Part shown: positions 1 to 14,502 of the stretch, piece by piece
Layout: every line of letters begins with the position of its first letter
Position numbering within the stretch: the stretch's first letter is position 1
The notes under the pieces: generated by a model
What the model saw: only the letters and a program-made list of their open reading frames with translations
What the model was told of the DNA's origin: nothing
The model's database searches: none
Translations under genes and position numbers: made by a program
Assembly: GCF_001194135.2 (NCBI RefSeq)
Contig: NC_068984.1
Location: 40,299,587 to 40,363,586, forward strand
Origin: Octopus bimaculoides
Taxonomy: Eukaryota
DNA length: 64,000 nucleotides
Direction: 5' to 3'

Positions 1-1479
1 ACTTCTTTTTACAATATTTATCACTGTGGTTTATCATCATCGTCATCATCATCATCTTCTCTTTTCATGCAAGGTGGATGTCACATGAAATTTTAATTTA
101 TCATTTTTAAAAAAATGTTTTTTTTTTTATTTTTCATCATCACCTCGATCATCAATATAAAAATAATACCATTGAAATTCAGTGTTTAGAAAGAGAAAAA
201 TAATAAAACAAAAAATAATTTGTAATGATAATGTTGATAACGATTTTTCATTATTATCATTGTTGTCTTCATTACTACACTCATCATCACTATGATGCAA
301 TAGTACATTGTCAACAAATTTAATTTGTAATTTCATCTTTGATTACCAGCTGAAACCGCTTTCAGTTAGATTTGTAATATCTTATGGAAAACTATGGACA
401 TAGCAAACAGTTTATTTTCTTATAAATCTGAGATGACTTACCTATGTACTATAATAATGACAACAACAACAACAACAACAATATTATTATTATATGCCAC
501 CTCTTTGCACAATGATATTGTCTTTTCAGTTTTTTCTGTTTAGTTTCTGTTATTGTCTTCCGAATTTGCTTAATCATATGATTTTTAGAAATGTTATCTT
601 TATATTAATAATTTGTATTGGTGAACTGACAGAATTGTTAAATTAAGTCCTGGGGTCGATTTGCTCGACTAATGGCGGTGCTCCAGCATGGCCACAGTCA
701 AATGACTGAAACAAGTAAAAAAGAGTAAAAAGAATAAAAGAGTATGCCAAGCAAAATGCTCCGTGGCATTTCTTTTTGCTTTACATTCTGAGTTCAAATC
801 CCATCAAAACTGACTTTGCCTTTCATTCTTTCGGGGTCAATAAAATAAGTACCAGTTGGACACTGGGATCACTGTAATTAACCAGCCCCCTCAATAATTT
901 CAGGCCTTGTGCCTACAGTAGAAAGGATTATTCTAAAGTGAAAAAGATGGCCAAAGGATGTGATAAATGGATTAAGTTGTTTTACTGTATTTAGTTCATT
1001 GCTGATGGTTCTGTTCAAATCACATTAGAAATTAATTTATCTTTCAATTGTCTGAGTTGCATGAGCTAAAATATCACATCCTTGTAAACATTGTCGTTAT
1101 GCTTTGTGAAATGATATAATTTTCTTTTACTGTTATGTTTTATCTGAACATAATGTGTGAATACATAAATCTTATATAATTGAACTGTATAAGATTCTAC
1201 ATAAAGTTTTTCCCCTTTCTCTATTTTCTTATGCTCATTAACAGTTCTAATTAATTAATAATGTTTATATATTAACTTAATAGTAATGTTTTTAATTATA
1301 AATCTATATGTTTAATACTTTGAAGTATACATTAAGCTGTATTTTTATAGGCAGTATAAGGTGTATGTTAATATATATTTCAAAGTCTTGGCACTAATTA
1401 TGCAAATCAGACTAACTGATTTAGTGAAGTCACAATATTTAATGGCTATAATACAGTATGAAATCTTAGATGAAATGAA

Positions 1480-4400
1480 TGAAAGGAAAGCGAATGAGAA
1501 CAACATTACTGTTTTAGCATGAAAGAATTCAACTGGGGAATTGGCAGTAAAGAGTTGACTATGATAGAGCCAAAGTTTGAGAGATATTGGAAATTTGTAG
1601 AGTAACGCTTGGTTTAATTGTAATTAAGTGACTTGGTAGATTTAATGATGATAGCCAAAAGAAATCTATACAAGTGAGTTTTCCAAAATTAGAAATAAAA
1701 CTGGGGCTGTCAGAAAATATCTGGCATATCAGCTGAATATTTTAAAAAGCATAAATATACAAAATCGTCTTAACAAGAAACAGAGAGAAAACAGAATACA
1801 GTTGGGGAGAAAACAAAGAATTTGACAGATTCAGGTAAAAGAGAATTGAAAGTGAGAAGACCACCATAAGAAAGAAGAGTAATGAGAATGATAAAAAGCA
1901 GGGAAATAGTTAAGAACACTACATAAAAAAAAGGTATGCAATACATCTGAATAGAAAAATAGAATTATAAGTTTACATATTAACACTTCCATTGCCATAT
2001 TCCTTTTGAAATACGCCAATACTACTTAAGCTAATTTTGAAAAGAATGAGGAATTTAGTAAAATAACTAAGCTGGTGTTTGGGACATAAATTAACTTGGA
2101 ATTTCAATGGAAGGTTTTAATTTAGATCATTTTAAAACAAGTTTATATCATAAAACAAGGAGTGGTCTCAGGCAGGTTGATATCAAAAGATTTAATGCTG
2201 ATCAAGTTACTAATAAGATGAATGAATTGAAGGTTAAAAGCTACAAACTCCAAGCCACAAGTCATTGATATTTCTAAAGCAAGACCAAAGAACATGAGAA
2301 TTTAATTGGTTATAGCAGAATTTTTGATAAATGAAGCAGCAGACTATGAAGTCTTTTCCAACAATATTGTGGAGGACAAATGAAAAGGAATAATGTTATC
2401 ATTTTAATGTTATCATTTTAATGCCCACTTTTCTGTGCTTGGAAAGAGTTTATTGGGGCAGATATTCTACAGCTGGATGCTCTTCCTGTTGCCAACACTT
2501 CCCTGTTTCCAAGCAAGATAATATTTCATCATAGGTGGACATGTTCTTGCAGAATATTAGAAATGAACAACACTGCTTTGACAGTGATACTCATTTACAA
2601 TGTCAAGACAAGGAGACATAAACATACACACAGACGTTCACATATATACATACACACTCACATATAACTGCACACACACACAGATACTGCAAATTCTTTT
2701 TATATTTTTGTCTACCAAATCCACTCACAAGGTTTTGGTTGACCCTTGTTGAAGGTACTATGCAGTTGGGCTGGACCTGAAACCATGTGGTTGGAAAGCA
2801 AACTTCTTACCACACAGCCATGCCTGTAATAACATGCAATTAAAATTAATCTCTCAAATACTGATTTATTTTGTTGACAGACCTAATTTACAGGCCAACT
2901 GCAGTGAATCAAAAGAAAAAAAAAGATATGGGAAAAAAATGAAAGGTTATGAAGAATAATGAAGCTGCTAATTATCAAATGTTTTAATTGCACAAGAATT
3001 ATATAATAGAAAATGATAACATGATTATCCCTAAATCTCAGGAAAATATTATTTTGGGGTTGCCAGCAAGGAAAATAACTTTCATCAATATACCAACTTG
3101 GAGAGAAACTGAAGATTATATCTTGGATATGATATTCACAAATAAAACTGAATGATATATGAAACTGAACTACCAAGGAACACCTGGAAACAGGCAGCAA
3201 TGTGTTAAGTTTTACTTTTATTTGTTACAGATATATACTTGACAATATATCAAAGCTCATAAAACTGGCTGATTTTGAGCAGAATGAAGTGATGTTCATA
3301 ATGGCTCTAATATAAATTTTAATATAAATTAGAAGAAATTCTCTGAGGTTATACCGAAACTAGAAAGTGGAAAATATACCAAACAATTCTGTGAACTTCA
3401 CTGATAGAAACGAATATGATATTTAAATACATTAGGTAACTTTTGAAAAGGAGACATGCATTGGCTGGAAACTCTTTAAAAAACTGAAATCCATAAATGA
3501 GCACACTACAAGATAATGTGTGACAAAGAAGTGAAGAAAGTTATTTGAGAAAAATTTATCAAAGAAATCAAAGGAAAATCCAAAGGAATATTAAGATTTA
3601 TAAAAGCAATATCAAGAATTAATAGTGACTTAGGTTATCTTTATGAAAACAAGAATAATTTGCATAATAAGAAGGATATAGATGATATTCTTTACTGAGA
3701 TGATAAGGTTAGACATGCTGTGGAATACATTAGGGTCAGAGGAAATTAAAGATTTATTGCTAGACAAATCACCAGAACATTCTAGATTTCTGAACATCAT
3801 GGCAAAGAATATTGCAAAGCCTCAAACAGCCTGTAGTCAGGGATCAGTTTCCAGACATTAAAAAATGCAAAGATTAATGTTATAGGGAAGAAGAAAACTT
3901 ATTGAGCTGTGAACCTAACACTGGTTTTACTAAAATTTTACTAACCGGAAAGTTAGTAAAGAAATAGTTTTTTTTTTAATCTAGCAAGTCAACTGCATTA
4001 TAGTTGTTGAAAATGATGGCGGAATGGTGCATTTTCTTAACTTTTCAAAAGACAATTGGTAAGGTACTATATTTGAGACTTACAAATGAGTTAAAAGCAT
4101 ATAGTACAAATGTTTAGATATAAAAGTAGATTGAAGACTTTATCAGTGACAAGAAATAACAAGTAAGGATGAAGGAGAGTAAATCAACATAGCATAGTGT
4201 AAACATTGAAAATATTTCAAAGATCAGTTCTGGGATTCGTTTAACTTTTTAATATATGTCAAGAATTTACAAGAAAATGTTATCACACATCCATACTTTT
4301 TGATGATGCTGAAGTTTTATAGACTGCAACTGTATAGGAAGACTATGCTAAACTAAGATCTCCAGAAAATGGAAAGCTGGAGTAATACAGAGTTGTTACT

Positions 4401-4960
4401 TTTCCTTCAAGACAAATGCAAACACCTTCATATAAGAAGAGAGATCAGTGAGGAAAAAGATATTAAATGTGCCAAACTGTAATTCAGAAAGTGAATGAAG
4501 GAATAGATTTAGGAATTATAATAGAAAAAAATTGAAAGGCAATGAACATATAGTAGAAAAAGAAGACAAATATGATGGTAGATGTAATACTTAAACACAA
4601 ACATTTATACTACTTTCTAAATGTATGATACAATCCTGTTTGTATTATGCAATTTTAGTTTGGGTTCCTTCTGACTAAAGAACTCATGGATAAAATAACA
4701 TCAATACTAAGAAGAGCTACTAACCAAATAACCTGTCTTGGAAAATCTAATGCAACCAAAGGGGTTAAAAAAAAACTCAAATTCCCAAGCTTGTGAAAGA
4801 AAAGTCTGAGTGAAAATGCTGGAAATATACTAGATGGTAAATGGACTCTATGAAGAAGATTTATGCAATTTTATTTCAGAAGGGAACCCTCAAGTGAATG
4901 TAGAACAAAAGGGCACAGTGATACTATCATATTGGAGAACATTAAACAGAAATAAAGTTA
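1480..4960 (+). mobile_element. Highly degenerate CR1/L2-like LINE ORF2 relic, interrupted by a SINE-like insert at ~2401-2826
   Basis: Decayed RT motifs around 4220-4320: agatcagttctggga (SVLG), ttaatatatgtcaag (LIYV) and tttgatgatgctgaagtt (FADDAK-like). An 'ilRRATnqi'-like segment occurs near 4700. Many stops and indels. Confidence 0.6.
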
Positions 4961-6062
4961 AGAGATATTTGGCTTAATAGGAAAAATGTTGAATAATTTG
5001 ACAGAACTGGTAGCAGCTGAAAACATTAATCATCAACATCATTTTAGTGACCACTTTGCCAAGCTTGTAAGGGTTAGATGTAGTTTGCTTTGGCAAATTT
5101 TCAGTGGCTCGATGCCCTTCCTATCACCAACCCTCGCTTGTTTTCAAGAAATGTAATATTTCTCCAAGGCCAGACAAGTTCACATTGAAAGATTGGCAAT
5201 GAAGAACACCACTTATATGATGGTGACACTAGTTTATAAGATAAGGAGGAACTCCTGTGCATACGCACCTCATACTTCTATCCATCTGCAAAATCAACTC
5301 TGGAGGCTTTGGTTGGTTTTGGGCTTTAGTAGAAGACACTTGTCCAAGGTGCCATGCCATGGAACTGAGCCCAAAACCAGGTGGTTGAGAAGTGAACTTA
5401 ACCATACGGCCACACCTGTATCCATGCCTATTCCATGCCTGCATCTAGAATATTTTAAAAATTGGTTGGATAAACAGTGGAAACAATTAAGCGTAGAATG
5501 TGGTAATACTTTGAAAGTGGACATAATCTGGTGCACCACCCACCAAAGGAATCGGGAGTTCAGTATAAAACTTCACTAATGAACTTGGAATGGAAAACTG
5601 CTACAGCCATTACCACTAACATTGGCACCATTATTGTCCTTGTTATTATTGTTATCATTGTTGTCATCATCATTATTGTTATCATTATCATCATGCCACA
5701 AGTTGTGGTCACTCATCATCTTCACAAAATTCAGTGTCTTGAAATTAGCTTCCACAACTTCTTCCTCTGTCTTCTTCAGTGCTCTTCTCTAAAGGTTCAC
5801 TTCCATTTGAACCACCTGACACTTTTCTACCAAAATACCTCTATCAATATGTATTATATGTTCATACCAACAATCTCCTCTCTTGCAAACTAAATCTGAT
5901 TTGTCTTATACCCAATATGTTGGCTGTGTACTTACATTATGTATGCATCCAGCAGAGTATATTCAACTCTATAACTCTATCCTTTCTAGCCTTTGCCTTC
6001 AATACTTAATGTTAAGCAATATGCTTTGTACATAAGTATGATATAACCAATTAGAAAGAATG

Positions 6063-6103
<41 letters not shown>

Positions 6104-6386
6104 NNNNNNNNNNNNNNNNNNNNNNNNNNNNNNNNNNNNNNNNNNNNNNNNNNNNNNNNNNNNNNNNNNNNNNNNNNNNNNNNNNNNNNNNNNNNNNNNN
6201 NNNNNNNNNNNNNNNNNNNNNNNNNNNNNNNNNNNNNNNNNNNNNNNNNNNNNNNNNNNNNNNNNNNNNNNNNNNNNNNNNNNNNNNNNNNNNNNNNNNN
6301 NNNNNNNNNNNNNNNNNNNNNNNNNNNNNNNNNNNNNNNNNNNNNNNNNNNNNNNNNNNNNNNNNNNNNNNNNNNNNNNNNNNNNN

Positions 6387-6451
<65 letters not shown>

Positions 6452-6599
6452 TTTGTTGCTACCTGAGGTAATAACTCTCTCCTGTTTTTACTCTGGCTGC
6501 TATACTGTCAGAGAACCTATGTCTGCTGTTAATTAGGTCACTTAGTTAATGGAAACTATCAAAGTGAATCTTCTAAACATTTCGAACAAATATATTTCA

Positions 6600-9100
6600 T
6601 TGGTTGTACTTACTGCTAACTACTCTTGTGCATCTGCCACATATGAAGTCTTCCCTCTCTCAGCCTACCAATGATCCCACTATGCTCTTGTACATCTAGA
6701 ATTCATATTGGATACATAGCATTCCTGCTTGCTCATTTTATTTGTATTGAACATGGCCAGTCCCCAGATAGCAAGTACAATGCTGTCTTTTTTCCTACTA
6801 TCTAAAACTTATTGTTTTTGTTAGATTTAGCTGGAAACCGCTTAGTTTTCAACTTTGCTTCAACATTAAAAAATTTGATTTTTTAATTCTACAGATTCAG
6901 CTCTGAGAACTAGATAATTGACATATAAAATCTCTGAAGAATAAATGTTCTTAAACTTTTTTATTTTGGCCTGGTGAACAATGTTCATGTTTTTCATGCT
7001 GTTGATACTGCTAGATTGAATGGTGCTGCCCAGGTCAAATCTATAATGATATCTTTTAGGCAGCCAAAAATGAATGTGTACATTTGATATGTTTTTTTAC
7101 TGTGAACCTTTCGTATCTTGTGTTCTTGTGGTTCTAAGTTGTCCTTCATTGAAATTCCAGTTCTTGTAAGGTTAAACTTATTTACAGTTTCTTGTTTTCT
7201 TGGTTTATGGTGTTTTTTGTCTATATTTTACCATTGCATTAATTGTCCTTCTTTTAGATTCTAATTTTGGTAAGAGTAATACTTGTCCAGGAATTTCTAG
7301 TTCATGGAGATTTTATTGTATATAATAAACAAGTGGAAGCTAAGAAACAAGCCTCAATGGATGTCTACTTGCACATAAAATTCTTCATTGGACTCAACGT
7401 TAACTCTCATCTTGTTGATGGCATCTCTGTATGTGGTTTGCATAGCGCTCACAGCCATTCACTTACATTTAGTTCTCTTAACTACCAAACAACAGAATGT
7501 GGTACTTTATCAAAGGTCTTTTCCAGGTTGACAAATGCTAGGTATAGTTGCTTGCTCTAAGCTGAGCACTTCTTTTGCAGTTGTCTTACTAGCAAAAGAC
7601 ATCAATGGTAATCTGACCTGGTATAACCAAAACCGAATTTCATCAAAACTAATTTTATCACTGACCAGTTGTTCTAAAACTCATTCTGCTACTTTTCCAT
7701 CAATTTGGTACCTGTTGTTGGCAATTTGCCTTTATAGCACTTGATGAATGCTCCACCTGTTAGTGTTTATGAATCTGGTTGATATACAACTGAATAGTAT
7801 GAACTCTTTTTAACAGGATGTGTTCAGTGTCTCAACAATCACTTCTGATTATTCAATTATTTCCTCTGTTTTAATATCCTTAGTTACATTTTCAACTATA
7901 TAATTGTCAACATAATTAGATGGTCTTTCTTTTAGTTCTACTTGTAGTTCCTCTTTGTCCTTTGCATTCTCTACATTCAGAAAATCTTTTAGTAGTATTT
8001 CCAAGCCTCTTTTTGGCATCAGTCAGGATAAATGTGCCACACTAATTCTGCACACATTTCCCCCTCAACAGTATCTTCTCTGGTCCTCTCATTACAATGA
8101 ATTGGCAAACCCTTATTTTTCCAGCTTATTTCTTTGCCATGTATATCTAGCTTCTCTTCTGGTTATCTGTTACTGTTTGCTGTTTCGCCCCTGTTCTACT
8201 AACCTGACCAGACTTGTCACTTAGCTTTAATAGCTCTATCCACTGTACAATTTTGCCACTATGGGATTTTGTGGCATGCTCCAACAATAAACCTGGTCTG
8301 TGACTCTGAGTAAGATGTCTCATAGAAACTCCTTGTTATAGAGAGGAAATATGTCACTGTCTCCTCCATGACATACACTTCAACTAGAACTGTCTGAAGC
8401 TACTTTCAGTAAAAGTCTTTCAGCCTCCATACTTTCTGTCTTCAGATTGTTTTGTTTTTCTGGATCCATTTAGCTCTTAATCTGTTGTTACTAATCACTA
8501 GTTTATGTTGCATGGTACATTCTTCACTATGAAAGACTCTGTTCAATTTTACAATAAGCATTATATCTATCTGGCTTGTGTGTTCACCTGGTTAGTTGGT
8601 AATTAAGTGGCTGGCTGCTTTCTTGCAGTTTGACACATAAATGGTTTCATTATTTGTATCACAGAACTCAAAGAAATTTAATCTTTCCTTATTACTTATA
8701 CCATACCTATTACTTCCATATATGCCAATCATAGTGTTGTCAAACATATTCGTTAAAATTATCAGTTATGATAAAATCACTGTCATTTGTTATTGTGATA
8801 GTCTGCAAGAGAACCTCATAGAAATGTTCCTTTTGTTATCTATCAATCTTGGTTGTGATATACATTCAAAGATCACTATTGCTATTGTGTTGCCTACGAC
8901 TAGTCTAAACTTAATTATACCATCCATACTCTTGCTACTTTACTTACTTTACTTACTTTATCCAACCCCGAAGTATATGTATCTGTGTTGCATGGTCATG
9001 AGGAGTCTTACTGAAGTATCCCCAAATATTACCTCTTGTATTCAGTTCACATTTATTTGTCTCTGCTCCAAAATTTGTTCAAGATCTATCCATCATTGAT
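6600..9100 (-). mobile_element. Degenerate RTE-clade LINE (endonuclease remnant, RT, C-terminal Cys-rich region)
   Basis: Minus strand at ~7550-7400 reads QLYLAFVNLEKTFDKVPHSVVW (RT motif LYLAFVDLEKAFDRVP). ~6720-6620 gives a decayed 'SGIIGRL..EDFICGRCT' motif. Frameshifted and stop-ridden. Confidence 0.7.
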
Positions 9101-9759
9101 GTTGGTAGCCCTGAAGTTTTCTACATGTAAAGAAGAAAGGTTTTTTTTTGTAGTGCTCATTACCTGTATTTTTGGCATCTAAGGGAGTCTTCACATATGG
9201 CTGGTTGTTTCTGCCTATCTATCTCACTGCTGTGCAAGTAGTTAAGTGTTAGTCCAGTATATGAAGTTGGAATTTTTCATTGTATTTGTGACTGTCGTGA
9301 TTTTGGCATGGTTTCTTGACTTGGTGTATTTCATCATACATCCTGCACAAGAGAAGTTGTCTGTCAGGACTAAAGTATCTCTTCTAGATTGAGTAAATTT
9401 TTTATTCAAAGGTATTGTTCTCGTAAAACAGTTTAGAGAGCATTAACTCTTAGTCAACCCTCCTTGTAGGATCTACATCTCTATACAAATATTTATTTAG
9501 TGTTGTTGCTATCCTAATTGGGCAGGCATTATTATGAATCTTGTTTCTCCAAAATACAACTAAGAGTGCATAAAGTGTTTTTGTTAGGAAGGAAAGGATG
9601 ATGAGTTTGTTTGGAGTGTATGAATTGTTAGGAGCAGAGTGGAAGCTGACATAGCTAGGTGGGTTGGATATCAGGACAACTAACCCCTGACAATTGCCCT
9701 CTGGACAATAGCTCTCTAGAAAACGATTATTTCTATTTCATACAAATATCACAGAATCT

Positions 9760-10110
9760 TAAAGAAAATATTCAGTAAGGCTATCTAGAGCTGTCTTAGA
9801 AATGTATATCCACAAATCTCTAACTGCAACTAAAAGTCTATGAGCACCAGACAGACAGACAATAAACCTACCTTAAATGTAGAAATATGGTTAAAATAGA
9901 AAAATACCTGTCAGCAAAAATTGTACACAGAGCACTTGTAGAATCAGAGAGCATGATAAAGATGTATATTGGGTTAAATGGGAATAATTTTAAAATTAGA
10001 TGCATACAACCCACTCATTCATTCAGCCTTAGGAGTAAGAGCAGGGTAACAGCACTTTCAAAATACATTGGACTTTTAAAGGACAAGAAAGAGCAGTACT
10101 ATAATAATGT
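9760..10110 (+). mobile_element. Penelope-like GIY-YIG endonuclease fragment
   Basis: ORF 9887-10153 contains IVHRALVESE..KMYIGLNGNNFKIR...HSFSLRSK...TALSKYIGLLKDK, the IVY...YIG...FK.R...H..SF...T.LSKYIW pattern. Confidence 0.65.
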
Positions 10111-11049
10111 GGACTATTGTTGCAAAGGCAAAGATGTACAATGGCTGTTGTAGTTACTATCATAATTTCCAGAAAACTCCTGTTTTGTCATGCATGTATG
10201 CACATGTATGTGTGCACATGTGCATGCATGGGCATGTATGTACATATGTAAGTATAAGCTTGACTAAATTGAAGCCTTCTTACATTGGCAATTATATGGA
10301 CATTTGCTATAGCTGTTGTATGTTTTTGCCTTGAAGGTAAAGGTGTGAGTGTGCATGCTTGTGTGTATACACTCTGGGTTGGGTTGTTAATGATAGTTGT
10401 GAACAGCTCAGCCTGAGGTGAGGTTGTCAACTTTTGATACAATAAACATACACCCCCCCCCCCCCACTTTTAGCTAAGACTGAGCAGCTAGAAACAAATG
10501 TGATTGATTGTTTTGTTTCTTCAATTCTACACATTGTTCAGTTACTTTCTGTATTTTACTTCATTATATTTTTTATTAGTTTCTGCTAAGAAGAATTTTG
10601 TTTGTGTAGCAATAAAAAAAAAAAAAAAAAAGCAAAAAAGCTTTTGGCTTCAGGAGTTTTGTTTTGCACACTTTTTAGCTTGTGCTGAGTTTTTTCTTCT
10701 CTCTTTGCCCTCTTCCACATTGTTCAGACTTGTCAGATACTGGCCATATAGCAAATTTTCTTCCTCACCTCTTAATATGACATTTTGTAAGCTTATTTTC
10801 AGTTAATTTTTTTATTCATTTTTTTTTCTTTAATAATTTATGTTATTTCTCCATTTTCCTATCATCTGTCTGTCACTTTAGCTTGTGTTTTATTGTTTTG
10901 TTGGCTCCTTGAAGATGGAAAAATTTTTATTTGTTGTCTGTGTTTTGAAGCTATTTGTATTAGTTTCTCTTTATTTTTTTCACTAGATATTTTCCACTAG
11001 ATATATTACCAAATATTTTTGTAGTTCTACAGTTGATATTTAATAATTT

Positions 11050-11725
11050 TTTAGTTGCAGAAAACCTTGCCTCTCTTTATTTATGATAAATATAAGTTTT
11101 CTGAGTTGGATTTTAGACAGTGTTTTCTAAAGGTAGTAATTATTTTTCTTGCCCAGTTGTGAATATTGCAATTATAGTTTATTGCTAGAAAAGCTAGATT
11201 ATTGATACTTATTGCCTTATTTTTTTTCACCTTATTTAATTCTTTTATTTCATTTAGTTCTGTTACTTTATTTAGCTCTGTTATTTGATTCAATTCTCTT
11301 TTAGATATTAATCTAATGTGCTTTATAATGTTCATGCTTTACCTTTTCTCTCATTGATGCATGTGATTTGTAAGTTTATTAATTCCTAAGAATTTTTGCA
11401 TGCTTGCTCTAATTTTCATGTCCCTGCTTCATTATCTAACACAGTAGCAGTGACTTTTGATAATTTTCCTCTCTTCAGAATTGCAAAAGTGCATTTTTCT
11501 AATCCAAATTGCAAATACAATTCTCTTTTGAGTCCATTTACTGTCTGCAACATTGTTTCCAGTTGTTTATCATCTACAGTAGACAACTTGAGGTCATCCA
11601 TATGCAAAATAACATTCATAGCTGAGATTAGAGTGACTTAGCATGTCGGTGAAGGTGTAAATGCTAGGCAAGAAATGAGTGGAACAGAGTCTCCTTGGAA
11701 CAATCCTCTTTCAATAGGGAAGAGC

Positions 11726-11790
<65 letters not shown>

Positions 11791-12500
11791 ATTCTCTCTT
11801 TTTCAAGCTGTTGAAGAATTATTTGCTGTTTATTCATTACCTGTTTACTGCAGCTTCTTATTGTTGGTGCTGCCTTACTTATGGATAATGTTTCTAAGAC
11901 TCCACAGCCAAGGAATTCTATCAAATGCTTTCTAGTTCTCAATCCAAGACATGCTCAGTTTCTTCAGTTTTAGTTGTTGATCAGTAATTGATCTTTTCAA
12001 CCTTGTGAGCTTTTGCAACATCCTTTCTCTTCTTCTGAAAGGAAGTTTTTTTTTTACAGATATTTATCCACTATGATATTATTGATAGTGAGGCTTTATA
12101 TACTACAGGTATACTTGTTCTTTTGAACATTGACATCTTTGGTGATGTTTTGCTGTACATACTCATCCACTCCCAAGTTATTTTTACTTCTCTTGCTGGT
12201 GGTACTACATTGATTTCTATTTTATTTTTACCTAGTTCTTTGGAAATGATTTTGGATTGGAGTTCAACTGTTTGTTTTGTTTGGAAGGTTATTGTAACAA
12301 TGGATTATTTTTGCAATTTAGCAAGAAACTATAGTTTTAGATGTTTTTGATTTTGGTGCTTCTTTTTTGTTGGCTATGTTTCTGTATTATTTGTCTTTCT
12401 GCTTTCTTTTTTATTCGTTTCTGTCATTCTATTGAGAGATCTTTCTTTCATTTTCCATCTTCCTTCTTATGTTTGTTTTTCATGATGTTTACTTATTAAA
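11050..12500 (-). mobile_element. Degenerate R4/NeSL-like (RLE-type) non-LTR retrotransposon RT region, interrupted by (ATT)n at ~11727-11790
   Basis: Minus strand gives KAFDRIPW (~11920), RGLFQGDS (~11710), HMDDLKL...QFGLEKC..AILKRGK (ORF 11416-11619) and KHIRLISKRELN...KNKAISIN...NW (ORF 11081-11335). Confidence 0.75.
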
Positions 12501-13444
12501 ATTATTATGTTTTCAACCATTTCATGCAAGTTTCTATTGCACCACACTGTGTTTGTGTTGTTTTGTCTTTTATAGCAGTATGTATGTATGCTACATCTGA
12601 TTGTTACTCTGTTGTATGGTTTGACATGTTGATTCTTGTGTTATTTTTGTGCTTAGTCTGTTGGATATAATACATTCTTGTAAGTTTTTGTTGCTTATTT
12701 AAAAATGTTTCTGGTAATGTTTCATATGTGTGTGAGTTGTGTTGCGTGTTATAAGACTAGGTGATAATTGTGCAGCATATGTGCTGTGTGGGTGGCACTT
12801 GTGTAGAATGTGAATTGTATGAGTTGTCGGTGTGTGTGGGAGGTTTTATAAAATCATGTGCTGATTATGTAAGCATATGCATTGTATTATGTAGAATATA
12901 TGCTGTGTGGGTTGTATGCGTTATTCAATGGTGATTCCGTTGACAGTGTGTAATGTTATTTTATTATGTGATGATTGAAGAGAGTATGTGTTGTATGCAT
13001 TGTACTGTGAGTGTACAGTTTGTGTTACTATTGAGTTTAGAGTGTTTTGAGTAGGATGTGGGCTTCCTCTAGCAGGGTTATATTTCTTAGACTGTATTTA
13101 GTTGCTAATCCTGGTATAATTTTTTATGTTTTGTTATTTGTGCTATTTTCTTCATAACTAGTGCTCCAGTTATTTGTTTTACCTATCATATCTTATATCC
13201 TTCATACTTTCATTTCAAGATCCCATACTTTGACAGTTTCTTGACCCCCTTATGATGATAGAATCAGTAGAGTGGCATGTTGAATGTATTGCAGTATTTA
13301 GTTAGGTCTCTATCCATTCTTAGTTTTAATTTGCATTTTCTCATTTCAGGTTCATAAAATAAGTACTAGTGGAGTATCTAAAAATACACAAAAATATTAT
13401 GGGCTTGTGCTTGCTTATGTTAAAAATTATTATTAGTTTTAAAA

Positions 13445-13582
13445 TAAAATATGGTCTGTTGTCTTCTGCTGAACCGGGGTCACCCCTTGACCCTAGGGTC
13501 ACAGTAGGTCCTCATCTCATGGAGAGTACATGGCGTAAAATGTGTGCAGAACCTAGCAACATTATTTTCTGAAGTTCCCCCA

Positions 13583-13585
<3 letters not shown>
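13445..13585 (-). mobile_element. 5'-truncated 3' end of an RLE-type non-LTR retrotransposon
   Basis: Minus strand reads LQKIMLLGSAHILRHVLSMR*, the typical RLE C-terminal LQK..LLGTA.ILR.VL motif, followed by a short 3' UTR. Confidence 0.65.
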
Positions 13586-13624
<39 letters not shown>

Positions 13625-13630
13625 TATTAC

Positions 13631-14185
13631 TGAGTAAGAGAACAGCTTATGTCATCAAAGTGATACTGGGGTACAAATATACAAAACCCAATATACCCAT
13701 CATGACTACCCTTTTGATAAGGGTACACCAAGTACATGCATCACAACCATATGTGTACATTGTGGTGACCTCATATCATTATAAAATGCACATGACCTTG
13801 CAGGTGGGGCCTAGTTAGAATTTTATTCAGGTCGAGTTGTTCATTCTGCTCAAAATGTCATTGAATATAAGTTGTTTAAGGATGATGAATGAAACACCCC
13901 TGTTTCAAGAAGTGAATTATTCAAACCTTAAAGAATTCTTCTCAACACATGGCTATGATATTTCCCTTACTACTACTGCTCATGATTAGAGATGCACATA
14001 TTGTCGGCCACTAAGGGACATGCTCAACTGATTAAGGTCAAACGACTGACAAGCAAATCTGTGTTTTTTTTTGCAAACTTTTTGCTGTAGCACATATTTT
14101 ACACCAAGGCAAAACATGTACTTGTTAACACTTTCAATCAGCTAAGATCAGAAGTCATGAGAGCCACAGACTTGTACTGCATCAA
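13631..14185. repeat. Dispersed ~550-bp interspersed repeat between (ATT)n and (CTA)n tracts
   Basis: Resembles a common octopus repeat as I recall it (gagagcag...catgactacccgtctgataagggtacacc...gcaaatctgtg). Family not assigned. Confidence 0.5.
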
Positions 14186-14186
14186 G

Positions 14187-14238
<52 letters not shown>

Positions 14239-14292
14239 TTCTTCTTCTTCTAATACAATCAATGTGACAGAGTGTGTGACAAAAGTGAATCT

Positions 14293-14502
14293 TTAACGTT
14301 TTAACATTTAAACTGACCATATCTGGCTGAAATATTCTGTTTTATGTTGAAACTGACCATTTATCCTACAATTTCATTCTAAAAATAAACAATCACATTA
14401 TTTGAAATCTCAAAGCTATAAGAAAATGCATGATTAATTCAAAACAATGTGAGTAAATGAGCATTACATGTTACAGAGTAATCTGAATGCTAGAAGGTTG
14501 AA
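14293..14502. mobile_element. piggyBac-like MITE (decayed)
   Basis: Left end ttaacgttttaacatttaaactg and right end tctgaatgctagaaggttgaa approximate the TTAA|CCCTTTAGCATT...AATGCTAAAGGG|TTAA inverted termini. Confidence 0.5.

Noticed and set aside
5193-5893. ORFs of 120-128 aa as genes
   Set aside because: They overlap SINE sequence and (ATT/ATC)n low-complexity tracts.
9130-9660. Possible Penelope RT relic on the minus strand
   Set aside because: Only a vague 'Y..FHSA...' resemblance; not enough for a feature call.
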